From Rebecca billardiae RCC1528 (lineage: Eukaryota > Protista > Haptophyta): a DNA stretch of 64,000 nucleotides. The stretch is taken from positions 310,001 to 374,000 of the forward strand of contig OZ251248.1 in the NCBI GenBank assembly GCA_965240325.2. Direction: 5' to 3'. Below the pieces are notes generated by a model, which did no database searches, was not told where the DNA came from, and was given only the letters and a program-made list of their open reading frames with translations. This document shows, piece after piece, positions 33,701-45,971 of the stretch (positions are counted from its first letter, which is position 1; the number at the start of each line of letters is the position of its first letter). A program made the translations under genes and the position numbers.

Positions 33701-36700
33701 GCCGCCGTCACCGCCTTCGCGTCGGCGCTCGAGCTCCGCCGGCCGTGGAGCGAGCTGTTGTTGCCGCCGGCCGCGTACTGCCGCGCCATCGCCTCCAGCT
33801 CGTCCGCAGCCTCGCTCTCAGCACTCGCCGCCGCCGCCGCGCGGACCGGCTTGGCCGTCCCCAGCTTGCCCGCCTCCGCGGGCGAGATCGGCGCCGCGTC
33901 GCCGAGGATCGACTTGAGCTCGTCGTACACGTCGCGCAGCACCTCGATCGACCGATCCGCGTCGAGATCGAACACGTGCTGCAGCATGAGCAGCAGCTCC
34001 TTGTCCTCCGCCTTGCGCCGCTCCTTCTCCTCGAGCTGCGAGAAGCGCTCGGACGAGAGCACGGCGGCGAAGCGGTCGCGGATGTCGATGAGGCCGGCCT
34101 CGGCGGAGGGCAGCTGCAGCACGAGCTTGATGAACTGCTTGGACGCCGCGCGCGAGTCCTGCTGCTCGAACGACCCGTCCTGCCCGAGCGCGGCGCCGCC
34201 CGCGGCGCGCGCGCCGCGGCCGTCGTCGTCGCTGTCCGAGTCGTCGTCCTTGCCCTTGCCGTCGTCCGAGTCCGGGTCGGAGTCGGTGTCCGAGTCGAGC
34301 TCCTCGCCGTACTCGTTGATCCAGAAGTCGGACCACTTGCCCACCGTGCGGAAGGTGGTGCGCTGGTGCCGGTGCAGCTTGCTCAGGTCGCTGGCGAGCT
34401 CCATGATCGACATCTCGACCTCGCGCGACTTGTCGACCAGCTCGGTCGCGTGGTGGTCGTGCAGGTGCGCGAGTTTCGTCACCGCGCGCGTGACCTCGTA
34501 GAGGTTGAGGGTCTTCGCCTTGTCCATCTTGCGCTGGATCTGCTCGTCCATCGCGAACTGCGCCGGCACCGTCGCGCCCGCCGAGATCAGGATGCTCGCG
34601 ATCTTGAGGTCGACGTTGAACGCGTCCATCAGCGGCGGCCGCGACCAACGGTCCTCGCAGTTCACGTCCGCCATCGCCTTCACCAGCAGGTACACGCTCG
34701 AGATCGAGCCGGACATGACGGCGAAGTGGAGCGGGGTGCGCCCGTCGTAGTCGGGCAGGTTGACCTTCGCGCCCACCGTGAAGAGGAAGCGCAGCCGCTC
34801 GACGTCGCCCCGCGTCGCCGCCTGCCGCACCATGTTGGCGATGTGCTCGCCCTCGGCGCGCGCCGACGCCTTGACAAGCATCTGCGCGACGAGCTGGTGG
34901 TTGAGCAGGATGGCGTCGTCGAGGGCGGAGCGGCCGTGGCGGTCGCGCGTGTGCACGTCGCACATGTTCGAGATGAGGTACTCCGTCACGCGCAGGTTGC
35001 CCTCCGTCGCGGCGACGTGCAGCGCGGTGCGCCCGTCGTAGTTCCTCGAGTCGAGCGGCACGCCGTGCGCGACCAGCATCGTCATCAGCGGCATGTCGCC
35101 ATGCTTGGCCGCAGAGTGCGTCCACACGTGCGGCAGGTCGAGGACGAGCTGCGCGCCGGCCTTGACGAGCTCGTCCGCCACGGCGGAGTGCTTGCCCTTC
35201 ATCGCGTTCTCGAACGGCGACGCGCCGAACCGGTCCTTCACCGCCGTGTCCGCGCCGAGATCGCACAGCAGCTTGACGACGGTGCTGTGGCCCTCGACGC
35301 AAGCGAGATGGAGTGGGGTGCGCTTGTCGTGCGAGACGGCCTGGATGTTGAAGCCGCGCGCGATGAGCTGGCGCACGGTCTCGACGTCGCCGTGGCGCAC
35401 CGCGATGGCCATCTGCGAGAAGAGCTCCTCGTTCCGGTCGAGGATCGCCGTGCGGATCAACGTGCGCAGTGCCTCGTACTCGCGCTTCTCGTCCTCGTCC
35501 ATCTGCTCGGCAAAGCCGACGTTCGCGAGGTCGGCGCCCTCCTTGTCCAGGCCGTACTTGCGCAGCACGTTCTGCAGGATGAGGTCGGTCTGCTCGGGGT
35601 AAGAGGCGATGACGTCGAGGAAGGTGGTGGCGGTGAGCACGCTCAGCGTCACCTCGCCCTTGGACGACGCGAGCGCCGTGTACGGGTGCGGCAGGCCGAT
35701 GAAGAAGGCGACCTCGCCCACCACCTGGCCCGGGCCCAGCTCGGAGCGGACGGTGGAGACGAGCGTGTCGCCGCGCCACATGTGCATCGTGCCGCCGACG
35801 CACCAGAGGAGCTCGGCCGCGCCGTCGCCGCGCTTGAAGGCCACCTGGCTTGGCTGTGGATGACGGTATCGGCGGCGGCGGCGGAGTCGGGCGGATGCGG
35901 TGGGGCGCCGGTGGCGGCAGCGGAGGGCACGGCAGCGCCGACAGATAAGAAGGCGACATGCGCCAAGTCTCTCTCGCGCGCCCGCGCCGCGCGCGCTGCC
36001 CAGCGCGCCCGCGCGGCAGGCGCGGCGCCGCGCGCCGCGTACGCCGACGAGAGCGCGCACCATCATGTACCGCTCGCGCAGGTACAGCGTGACGTACGTG
36101 AGGAACTGGTGGTTGCACGACCAGAAGACCCACGTCTGCTCCATCTGCCGCATGTGCTGCGAGGACGCGACCTCGACGCGCAGCGAGAGCGGCATCTGGC
36201 TGTTGATCAGGTCGGAGCCCGCGGCGAGCTTGCGGTGCTGGAACTGGTAGTGCCCGCGGATGCGCAGGGCGAGCTCCTTGGGCAGCTTGCGCTCGGCGAC
36301 GTAGTCGTCCACCGCCTTCATCAGCTCGTTGTAGTGCACGGTGCTCTGGTCGGTGCGCACGAGGTACTGGAAGAGCGTGCCGAGCACGAACGCGTAGAAG
36401 ACCATCTGGATCGCGGCGACGAGCGCGGCGAAGAGCACCTCGGCCTTCTCCGTGAGGATGATCGTGCCGTAGCCCATCGACGTGAGGCCCATCCACGCCA
36501 TGTACAGGCTCATCAGGTACTGCTGGTACAGGCTGGCGACCGCCGGGTCGAGGTCGGCGTTCTCGGTCAGCAGCGGGATCTGCGCCGGCCAGTTGGGCAG
36601 CTCGAGCGGCTGGTTGGACCAGCGGCCGCCGAGCGCCCACCAGCAGCAGGCGACCTGCCGTGCGGCGGCGCACGCATAGGGAGGGGGCACGCGGCGGCGC

Positions 36701-37717
36701 AGCACGCAGGGCGAGCATGGAGCGTGAGCGAGCGCGCACCGGGCGCAGCTCCCTCGCTATATCGCGCGCGGGCGCGCTCGTGCGCATGGATGGTGACGCG
36801 TGAGCGCGCACCCAGTGCGGCACGGAGAGGATGACGATGGAGAACTTGTACGCGGCGAGGAACTTGACGTTGACGGTGAGGTCAGTGTTGATCTCCTGCA
36901 CGTACATGACCAGCTCGCGCACGCGCACCGCGCGCACGATCTGCACGAGCGACCACATCCAGTCGTTGCCTGTCAGGATGTAGATGGCGCGTGCGATGTG
37001 CAGCGCAAGGCTCGTGCCAATGTCGCGCACGGCGTGTTTGGTGAGGTAGAGGCCGGCGACGGCGGAGCCGTCGTCGGTCGTTGCGCTCGCACGCGCCTCC
37101 GCGATCAGCTTGCGCCGCTCCTCGCCCGTCGGCTGCTCCATGATCGTCTTGGCGATCCAGCACAGCTCGAAGAGGTCACCAATCGCGTCGATCACGATCG
37201 CGACGCCGCTGTACGCGAGCTCGTGGGGAAAGGCCAGGCGAAGTGGGATCATGAGCTCCTCAAGCGTGAAGATGGGGATGCGCGCGAGTCGCGCAATTGC
37301 CTTGAACCGCTCGCGCTTCTCGCGCTCGTCCGTCTCGATCTGCTGCCGCGCGCGCTCGTCGTCGAGCGTCGCCTCCTCGCCGGCAAGCACCATCCGCCAC
37401 TTGACCGTGCGGTCGCCCGCCCTGCGGCGGCCGTGGTCGTTGCCGGTCTTGAGGATGCCCTTGACCGCCTTCGTGTCCCGCGCCCGGCCCTTCTTCAGAG
37501 CGCCCTCCTCCTCGTCCTCCTCCTCGTCCTCCTGGTTGCGCATGAGCGCGACGTCGAGCAGCTTGCGCGCGCGCGCGCCCAGGCCATGCGCTGCTGCGGC
37601 GACGCGGCCGCGGCCCATCTGGCGAGGGGACTCCTCTTGACTGTCGGCGCTCCTCGCCGTCTCGTCGACGTCCGCTCCGCCCCCCGTCGGCAGGGGTGTC
37701 ACCTTGATCTCGCCCAT
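27740..37717 (-). CDS. Giant two-module cyclic-nucleotide-binding-domain cation/K+ channel with ankyrin repeats and EF-hand-like linker, ~2972 aa; exons 37717-36812, 36654-36061, 35853-30669, 30556-29897, 29737-29553, 29428-28255, 28117-28002, 27838-27740
   Basis: Module I has S4 (IVRAVRVRE), pore LTSMGYGT, C-linker/CNBD (GPGQVVGEVAF) and ankyrins (DKRTPLHLA, YDGRTALHVA). Module II has a second 6TM, CNBD (GPGEFLGEVAF) and ankyrins (HGRRPLQLA, LGRAPLHLA). Seven GT-AG introns give consistent phases, with 8919 coding nt in total. Confidence 0.85.
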
Positions 37718-39712
37718 CGAACACGCTCTCGCGTCGCTTGGCGTCGGGTTGTCGGGTTGGCTTTCGCCAAGGTGCTGACGCACGAGAGCGCTGTGGGCTG
37801 CGCAGCGAGTGGACAAGCCGTTCGTGAACATATTGGCTGAATGAAAAAGTGGGCGATCGAAGCGATTAACAAATTTGATATTCGTCAAACCCTCCCCATA
37901 GTCGTTAATAAAGTTGGCCACGCTCATTGGTCATCCATGAGTGATATTTACGGTCATCAATCAATATAAATCAGATGAGCGAGGAATCGATGACCGGGAA
38001 AGCAACAGTTCACCGTGGGGCCCGTAGCGCCCCCCATGTTTTTTCTTCGATTTCAGACCACCACCAAGCGCACCACGAAACGCCGTTCAGGATCCGAATT
38101 CAACGTCACACAACAAATCGTGCATCAAATAAGCCATTCAGCAGCCCGAACCGCAATTTTCACGTAGTATCAAAGACGTGACAATGATTCCGTTGACTAA
38201 TCATGAATTTCAGATGGTTTTATTTCACGTATCAAACAGCACAATCCGGATCCTTCGGCTCATCAGATGAATCGATGATTATCAGGGTAAAACTGATCTG
38301 GGGATTCTGGGCATGCATCATCATTCCATCATCATTCTGGCGATTGTGATGGCTGACTCTAGCCGTCCAGGCGTCCACGCACGACGTCCTTCTCGGGCTC
38401 GCAAGCCAAACGCGACCGCGATCGGCCCAGGCGGTATTCGCGATCGGCTGGCGGACTATTGTGAAGCTGCACACCTATGGCCTACCTCACCCCGCACTGG
38501 ACCCCCCTTGTCAGATTGAGGAACGAACCGCGCGCGCGCTGATGAGTGCGAGCAGCGCAAGGCCACCTGCTCAAATTGGTCAGGCAGGGAAGTTGCCCTC
38601 CGTCACGAATGATCGCCGCATGCGCTGCGCTGTAGTGTAAACACCTTGGCAGCTGCACCACCTTGCAGCTCCACGCTCGCGCGAGTCGTGGGCACGTCGC
38701 AGGGGCCATGGTTCTCAAGTCTCAACAGAGTTTCGGGGTCCCATGCACTAGTACGAAGGGTCCCCATAGAGAAAACCACTGGCCACTTGACGACAGTGCA
38801 CACGCGCCGCGGCCATCGCCCCCAGATTCCCAGAAGGAGCGTTCAACGCCAGTGAGCAGCAGCCGCGCGCCCTGCACTGCGATCGTGGCCCGGGCGACTA
38901 CTCGGCTCTCCGCGGAGGCGCGGATAGGGCTGAAAGCCAGACTCGGTCAGCCGGTGACAATCTCTATGTCTCTGCCACCCGGCGCGAATAGCTGAGATTC
39001 GCCGCATGCCAGCTCTGCTGTCTCCAGCCGGCACTCAGCGCACGCGCTCGCGCAATCCATCCGCATGTGAGCGACCGCTGCGCCATCGTCAGCTCGGGCT
39101 GCGCTCGCTCTGCAGTAGTGTACAGTAATCGCAGGTGACCCGGCCGCACCAACAAGTAGTCCAGGCCCTGAGCCGGCCGCAGCGCCTTGAGCATATATTG
39201 GTGATGCTATCGTAAGTTACGCGGTCGGCGGTGCGATCACTGAGAGGCTGAGTGACTCGTGCTGTCCGTACGTGACAACTCAGACAAGCCCCGAGGGCCG
39301 TGAGCCCGCGCTGCGTCAGCCACGCGGGCCGCGGCCGAGCACGTGAGCAGCGGGCGCGGCGGCGGCCGGCGCCGTCGAGCCGGCGCGGCGCGGCCGCGCG
39401 GGCCGTATCACATTCAGACAGTAGACACGGTTTATGAGCCTTGACCGACGGTCGTACATCACAGCAGCACGCAGACTCTATCAGCATCAGTAGTACGTAA
39501 GCATTCCGGACCGGCGGCCGCGTTATTGGCAAGCAGAGTCGGCGCACAGTCATGATGATGAATAAGAGCAGCACGGAGTAGTCGGGCACCGGCCCGCGGC
39601 ACCGTAGTTGTCCGTTGGCACCGCCGCGTAGTAGTTATATAATTCGGCGTATAGTTGCGCTACTATAAGTTGCCGCACCGGCGTCACGCGTCGTGATCGC
39701 CAGTATATAGTA

Positions 39713-40494
39713 CAGGGTCTCCAACATTAAACTGGACACTTTGGGCAGCAGCTCAGCGTACGGCCTGTGGCTGCCTCGCGCGGGGTCAGGAGCGGCCAGC
39801 TCGGCTCGTGTGCACCCCACTAGGTCTGTCTGCGACCGCGCATAGCCGGACAGCCCGCGTGGAGCACCCCTCTGGGTCATGCGGACAGTCGGCACAAGGC
39901 TGGTCGTGAGGGCCGTGAAGCAGCCGTGTGGCTTCTGCGCATGTCTGTAGCCAGCAAGCCCGCTCAAGGCCGCGCAGATATTATTACGTGGCATGGTCGA
40001 TGACTATGCGGCATGCGCTCGACAGCCCTGGGCAAGCCCGGACGTAGCGCTACACCAGGAGTATATACGGCCCGATCGGACCAGCCTACCTGTTGCGCAC
40101 CTCGCTTGCACAGCTGCTGCACAGCCCATCGATCGGCTCTGGCCGTGCAGGCAAGGGCTACAGTCGGCGCCACTACCCGCAGCGAACGCTGGAGACCCAC
40201 CAGTGCGCGCACCAACCCGCCCGCCGCCAAATGCAACCGTGCGCCAGATACGAATTTTAGCAGGCATGCCACCCGCGGGGGCTCCGTGGACCTGTTCAGA
40301 GCCAACCGCTAGTCGGTTGAGCTGTACATCCAAGCCAGCCCTGGCCACACGCTGAGCGCGCCGCTCGCTGCACCCACACCCTGTCGTCATCCGAGGAGTA
40401 AGGTCCATGGCGCTCATGTGAGCCTCTGGCCCATCTCATCGTTAGCAGCCGTAGTCAGCAAAAATCAATGTCCGACCAATTGTTGGGGACCCTC
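39713..40494. mobile_element. Degenerate Tc1/mariner-type MITE (~780 bp)
   Basis: Left end TA|CAGGGTCTCCAACATTAAACTGGACAC; the reverse complement of the right end is GAGGGTCCCCAACAATTGGTCGGACAT. The right-hand TA TSD is not clean. Confidence 0.5.
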
Positions 40495-40779
40495 AATATA
40501 GTTCGGATAGCAGCCGTAGCCGCCGCGCCGCCTGCTGCCGGTACTAGCAGCAGATACGTATATACCGATGCTTTCGATGACGAATGCCGAGTGCCCAGTA
40601 CGACTCCGCGGGGGCGCGGGACATCTGCCCGCCGCCGCTGTCTCGTCGGCTACTCCGGCTCCCAGCGCGCGGCGCTCATGCCAACGGCACCATCCCGCTG
40701 ATTACGCGGCGGAGCTCACCACGCGGCGACACCCGATCCCGACGGCGGCCCGTGGGCGCGGCGGTGCGCTCATCCTCGC

Positions 40780-43700
40780 TCAGAGGTCGCCGACGTCGGC
40801 GACGGTGGCGCGCGTGTGCTCGGCCGCGCTGAGCACGCTCTGCAGCCGGTCACGAATCTGCTCCTTGTGGCTCATCAGCCGGTCGAGGGTGGCGATCAGC
40901 TCGGAGTAGAGCTGCTCGCGCTCCGCCTGCCACGCACGCTTCTGCGTCTCCACCTCGGCGCTCGCTGCGCTCATCGCCTGCTGCGACGCCGAGCGCTTGG
41001 CGGCGAGCTCTGACCGAAGGGCAAGCGCCTGCGCGCGGCACAGCGCACGCGTGGCGCGTGCCGTTGGGCGGTCGGGCGCGGGCGCGCACACACCCCGCCG
41101 CCGGCACGCAGCGCGGCGCACACCTGCGAGAGCACGTCCTCCGAGCGCCGCACCTCCTCGTCCACGCCGCCAAACAGCGTCTCCTGCGCACGCAGAGGCA
41201 GGGCACGTCAGGCGTCGCGCAGGAGGGAGGGTCCGGCTCGCCTCGCGCGCGCGCAGTCCGTCCGCGCACCCTCACACCGCCGCGCCTGTCCGCCGCGCGC
41301 GCGGCGGCGGCGCAGCGCGGCGTCACACCTTCTCGGAGTTGAAGATGGCCTCGAGCTTGTGCGCCTTGCGCTCGAGGTCGGATACCTCCTCCTCCTTGTC
41401 CTGCGCGGCGCCACGCGTACGCACGCGCAGCCGGCCGCGCGCACACCAACCGGTCAGGTCTGCACAGCGCGCGCGCGCCGTTTCCCGGAAGTGTCCGGCG
41501 CGCTCACGCGCGCGCCCACCTGCTTCGACTGCTCCGAGCGGTCGAGCTGGTCCTGCAGCTTGAGCAGCTCGGCCTGCGCCTCGTGCAGCGTGGACGTGAA
41601 CTTCTCCTGCGCGCACGCCACGCGGCGAGCACGCCGTGCGCCCGCGCGTCAGGTCGGGCGTCAGCCGAGCGCGCGCTGTGTGGCGCGCGCCGTCGCGGCC
41701 GCGCGACGCGTCGGGCCGAGTCCGCGCTGCGCCGCGCGGGCCGACGCACCTTCAGCTCGGCGAGTACGGGGCGCGCCTCGCCCAGCAGGTCGATGGTGAG
41801 CACGGCGCCGCTCAGGCTGACGGTGCCCCCGACCGTCACGTTCGACGCGGCCAGATCGCACCTGCGCCGCCGCCGCCGCAGAGGGGGCCGCGGGGTGTGG
41901 CGAGCTTAGTCAGCAGCCGCGGTGCGCGGTGCGCGGCTGCGCGCGACGTGGCTGTGCTCAGAGGTTGGAGCCGCGTGGGCAGCTCGGCGTGCGGCCGGCG
42001 ACACGGGCCCACGCGGCCCTCCACCGCACGCTCGAGGCGCACCCAGCCGGGTGCGTGCCGCAAATCACGCGCAGGCGCGCGCGGCCCGCGGCAGTGACGA
42101 GCGCCGCAGTCGCAACAGTCGCCGCGCAGCGGCGGGCGTGAGCGCGCACTCGAGCGATCGCCCTGCGGCGTTGGCGGCGCTCGACGGGATCAGCTGCAGG
42201 CGCGTCGCGCTGCGCGGGTAACCGAGCGACACCGCGGCGGGTGGCGCGGGCCGTGACCGTGAGACGACGCGCGCGCAGCTAGCAGCAGCCAAGCGGTGCC
42301 GTCTACGGCGCGCGTGTGTCGCACGCTCGCGCCGTCGCGCGGGCGGGGCTGCGGGCCGCACCGGTTGGTGTAGTCGTTGAGCAGCGAGCCGAGCTGGTCC
42401 ATCGACTGCGACAGGACCACCTCGGCGTTGAGCACCTCGGATGTCTTCGCCTCCTTGTTCGCAATCAGGCTCCTGCTCGCGCCCACGCGCGCACGCGGTG
42501 CGCGCCCATGTCAGCGGGCGCTCCCGAAGCGCCCGGCGTCGTGGGCCGCGCCGGGCGCCGCGGCGCACAGGCGCGCGCGCGCGCGCGCACTTGAGCTCCG
42601 CCTCGAGGCGGTTGCGCTCGCCGTTCATGCGCTGCACGTCGGCGGGCGAGAGCTCCTGCGTCGAGAGCGTCTGCCGCAGCGCCTCCACGTCCGCGAGCAC
42701 CGCGCCCAGCTCGGCCTCGACCGCTGCCGCGTCGTGCGTTCGGTCCTGCACTTTGGTCGTCAGCTGCTCCTCGTGCTGGGTCATCTGCGAGACGAGCTTG
42801 CGGAACTTGCCGAGGTCTGCGCATGGCGTGGCGAGGGGAGGTGAGTGCCTCGCAGGCAGGCGGTGGCGAGTCAGCCCGCGCGCGCGCCGGAGTGCAGGGC
42901 GCTGCACACGCCGCGCCGCGACCGCGCGCCGGCGCAGGGGAGGCGGCTGCAGCGCGCGCTCGGCGCAGCTTGGCAGCGGCCGCGCGCGCACCAGAGTTCA
43001 AGTCCTCGCTCTGCCGCGTCGCCGCCTCGAGCGGCGAGGTCTCGCCACGCAGCGCGGCGAGCTGCGCCTGCAGCTCCGCATTCGCATCGGCGAGCTGCTT
43101 CACCTCCGCCTTGACCTGCGCGCGCGCAACACGGCGCGCCCCGCGGGCCGTCAGATACGACCAGCCGCGCCACCGCGTGCGTACGCACGCGCGCGCGCCG
43201 GTCTCGCTCACCCCCACCAGCGGCGCGCGCCACGCCAGCCTACCCGCCCCAACACCGGCACGGCGCACGTGGGCGATGCTCGGCGTGCATCCCCCGCGTG
43301 TCGCGCGCGTCGCGCGTGTCGCGCGCCGGCGCGCGCACCTGCGCGTTGCGAGCGTCAAACACCATCGACAGCTCCTCGTCGAGGTCCGGGCAGTCGTCGT
43401 CGCCGTCGAGGAACTTGCGGTACGCCTTGGTGAGGTAGTCGAAGAAGATCTTGAACGTCACGTCCGCGTCGAAGCAGTCCTCCTCCTTCCGCGCCTGCAC
43501 CTCCTCGTCGTACTCCAGGATGTCGATCAGCCAGGTGAGGGTCGCGACGAGCGCGGGCCACGAGTGCGGCGAGCCGACGGTGTACAGCGCCTGCTTGCGG
43601 ATCTCGAAGGGGTAGCCGAGCGCCTTGAAGACGCCGATCACCTCGTCCTCAAACTTCGTCTTGCCCGAGTCCATCGCGTAGTTCGGGTCCACGCCGCGCA

Positions 43701-44046
43701 GCAGGAACTCGAGCACGAACTGAAAGTCTTTGGTCGTGGGCGTCGTGAGCATCTTGAGCGAGATCGTGCGGTCGTAGGCGTGCTCGGTGAGGTAGGCGAT
43801 CACGCGCTTGATCGACTCGTGGAAGTACTTCTTCGAGTCGATCGGGCGCGGGTCGCTCTTCACCGAGCCGCCGCGCCCGAACACGCTCGACCGGCGGCTG
43901 AGGTCGCCGCTCGCGAGCGACTTGCGCGGCGCAGCGAGCGACTGCCGCTTGCCACCGATGCTCGACTGGCGCGACGGCGCGGCGCTCGAGCGGTTGTTCG
44001 CGTTCATGGCCGAGAGGCCACCCAGTGTCGCGCGGCGCATGGCCAT
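40780..44046 (-). CDS. NDC80: Kinetochore protein NDC80/HEC1, ~602 aa; exons 44046-43339, 43115-42992, 42816-42591, 42472-42362, 42209-42150, 41861-41750, 41606-41520, 41400-41329, 41183-41124, 41028-40780
   Basis: Basic Ser/Arg-rich tail and CH domain (KSDPRPIDSK, PTTKDFQ, LGYPFEIRKQALYTVGSPHSWPAL), followed by coiled coil and loop (RLQLIPSSAANA). Nine GT-AG introns have consistent phases. Confidence 0.92.
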
Positions 44047-44362
44047 CTCCGCGCCGTGCGCTCCCCCCGCGGGCAAGGCCGTGCACGGGAGCCGCGGGCA
44101 AGTGCGTCCGCCCTTGCTGGCTGAACGAGAGCTCCGTTTGAAAATGCCTGCCGAGCGGCCGGGCCGATCTCGATCTCGATCGCGCCCCAGTGTGGAGATC
44201 GCAGTCCGGGAGCTCGGGCGAATGGAGAATTCGATTAGAGCGAAGTAATGAAAGGCACTCCCAGCCCGGACTCTCACGACGACGGCTCCGCGGCCGGCCG
44301 TCGTCGCTGCACGGGGAAGGCCGCGTCGCGAAGACCAGGACCAAGTGGGAGCGGCCGCCGCC

Positions 44363-45151
44363 ATGCGCCTCGGGCTCGTCGCGCTGCTGAGCGCGTGCTG
44401 CGCCGCGGGCGCGAGCGCGGCCGTGTCGCCCGCCAGATGCCGCGTCCACGTCGGCCGCGCCGTCGGCGCGCGCGCGCACGTCTCTGCGTTGACAGCGGAT
44501 GCGTCCGCCGAGCAGGTGAAGGCGGCACTCGCTGCGAAGGAGGCGGAGTACCGGGCGCGGCAGACCGAGGAGGCGCGGAAGCAGGGCGCGGGCGCGGGCG
44601 AGATCCCACCACTCGACTCGCTCCCCGTCGTCCCGTTCGTCGCCGCTGACACGGGCCTCATCACCGACGTGTCCGACCCGACTGCCAAGGCGAGCGTGTA
44701 CGCTGTGAGCGGCGCGGACGGCGCCGTGCAGTACATCGGAGTGACACGCGGCATCCGCGACGCCCTCCGGCTGCACCTCGGGCGCTGCCCGGACGAATGC
44801 CACGGCGTGCAGGTCCACCACATCACCAAGCCCAGCCGCTCGCTCCTCGAGCAGGTGCGCGCCACTTGGATCGAGCAGCTCGGGAGCACGCCGCCGGGCA
44901 ACGCGGACGAGGCGGCCACGGCGCGCTGGGAGGCGCCGCTGGACGTGCGTCCGCTGATGACGGCGGAGGAGCAGGAGCACTTTGAGGAGATGTCCGACAA
45001 GGGCCGCGGTGCCTCCGCGCTCAAGGCCGTCGGCCGCCGCATCGAGGCGGGCAAGGTGGCGGCGCTCGAGGCGCGCGGCGTGAAGGAGCCGATGCGCTTC
45101 GACCCCAAGCTCAAGGGCCAGGGGCTGCTCGACCTGCTGCCCGCGAACTGA
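44363..45151 (+). CDS. Stand-alone GIY-YIG domain protein (GrxS16 N-terminal/cyanobacterial type) with bipartite plastid-targeting-like N-terminus
   Basis: SVYAV...QYIGVTR...LRLHLGRCP, WIEQLGSTPPGN and C-terminal FDPKLKGQGLLDL. The signal peptide MRLGLVALLSACCAAGASA is followed by an Ala/Arg-rich transit-like stretch. Confidence 0.75.
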   Translation: MRLGLVALLSACCAAGASAAVSPARCRVHVGRAVGARAHVSALTADASAEQVKAALAAKEAEYRARQTEEARKQGAGAGEIPPLDSLPVVPFVAADTGLITDVSDPTAKASVYAVSGADGAVQYIGVTRGIRDALRLHLGRCPDECHGVQVHHITKPSRSLLEQVRATWIEQLGSTPPGNADEAATARWEAPLDVRPLMTAEEQEHFEEMSDKGRGASALKAVGRRIEAGKVAALEARGVKEPMRFDPKLKGQGLLDLLPAN

Positions 45152-45971
45152 GGATTTCGCGCGACGCCGAGTAGGCCGCTCCTTGAGCGCGACGGCGCGT
45201 GTGGCGCGTGGGCGGCGCCGGCGCGAGTGCGGGGCACTGATTATACGACTAATGATTTATAATATAATTATAAATAAAATTATAAATTCAGACTAATGCC
45301 TGGCGGCTGGGACGTCGTCAGTCGGCGCTGGCCGCCATGCCGCTGTGCCGCAGTCATGGCCCGGGCTGGCGGCCGAGTCCGGGTCGGACAGGCTCTCATA
45401 TATTGCGACTACGCCGTCGCCGACTGTTAGGCCGCGTATATGCCGCCAGCATCGTCACGCTGCGCGCGCTGATCCGACTCCGGCGCGGGCCACATCCGCG
45501 GGAAGCCTGTGACGACGACTACTCTGAGTATTACGCACTCCGTCATCAGTCCGTGGCCGTGCCGGCGGTCCCGGGTCCGGATCAGTAGCTGGCTAGCCGC
45601 ATCGGACTGCCCGACTAGTCCGCGACCGCATGTCCATGACCATGAACCGTGATGAAGGCACTAGAGTATCGGACGATGGCAGATGATGTCGCGGACTCAG
45701 TGCTGCCGCGTCGATCTGTCGTCTGATCGATGGTCCGCGCTGCCACTGACGCCGATTATTATAGGATAATTCGACCAAACTCACTTATTATTTTTGACGA
45801 GTGTATTCATCAGTCGTTATCGATCTTCATACACACGTGTGTAAGCTATATGACCACTAATACCGCGCACGCGTGTGCCTACTCGATCAGAAATATACAC
45901 ACCGTCGATCAGTCATGATGTGTATGGGATACACAGCAGTGTGTATGAGAATAGTAGTAGTATCATAGACC

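Noticed and set aside
33818-36811. Arg-rich continuation of the 1369-aa ORF and its upstream start at 37927
   Set aside because: It is read-through past a clear splice donor at 36811 into the wrong frame. The upstream 70 codons lie in AT-richer, promoter-like sequence, so 37717 is preferred, though not proven.
30373-36834. 2153-aa + strand ORF
   Set aside because: It is the antisense shadow of the channel gene. Extreme GC codon bias suppresses stops on the opposite strand, and no domain was recognised.
38230-39100. Possible additional element or gene upstream of the channel
   Set aside because: No TIR/TSD pair or credible coding signal could be identified by eye.
44047-45237. N-terminal extension of the 665-aa NDC80-containing ORF
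   Set aside because: It is antisense to the GIY-YIG gene. NDC80-like sequence begins at MAMRR.
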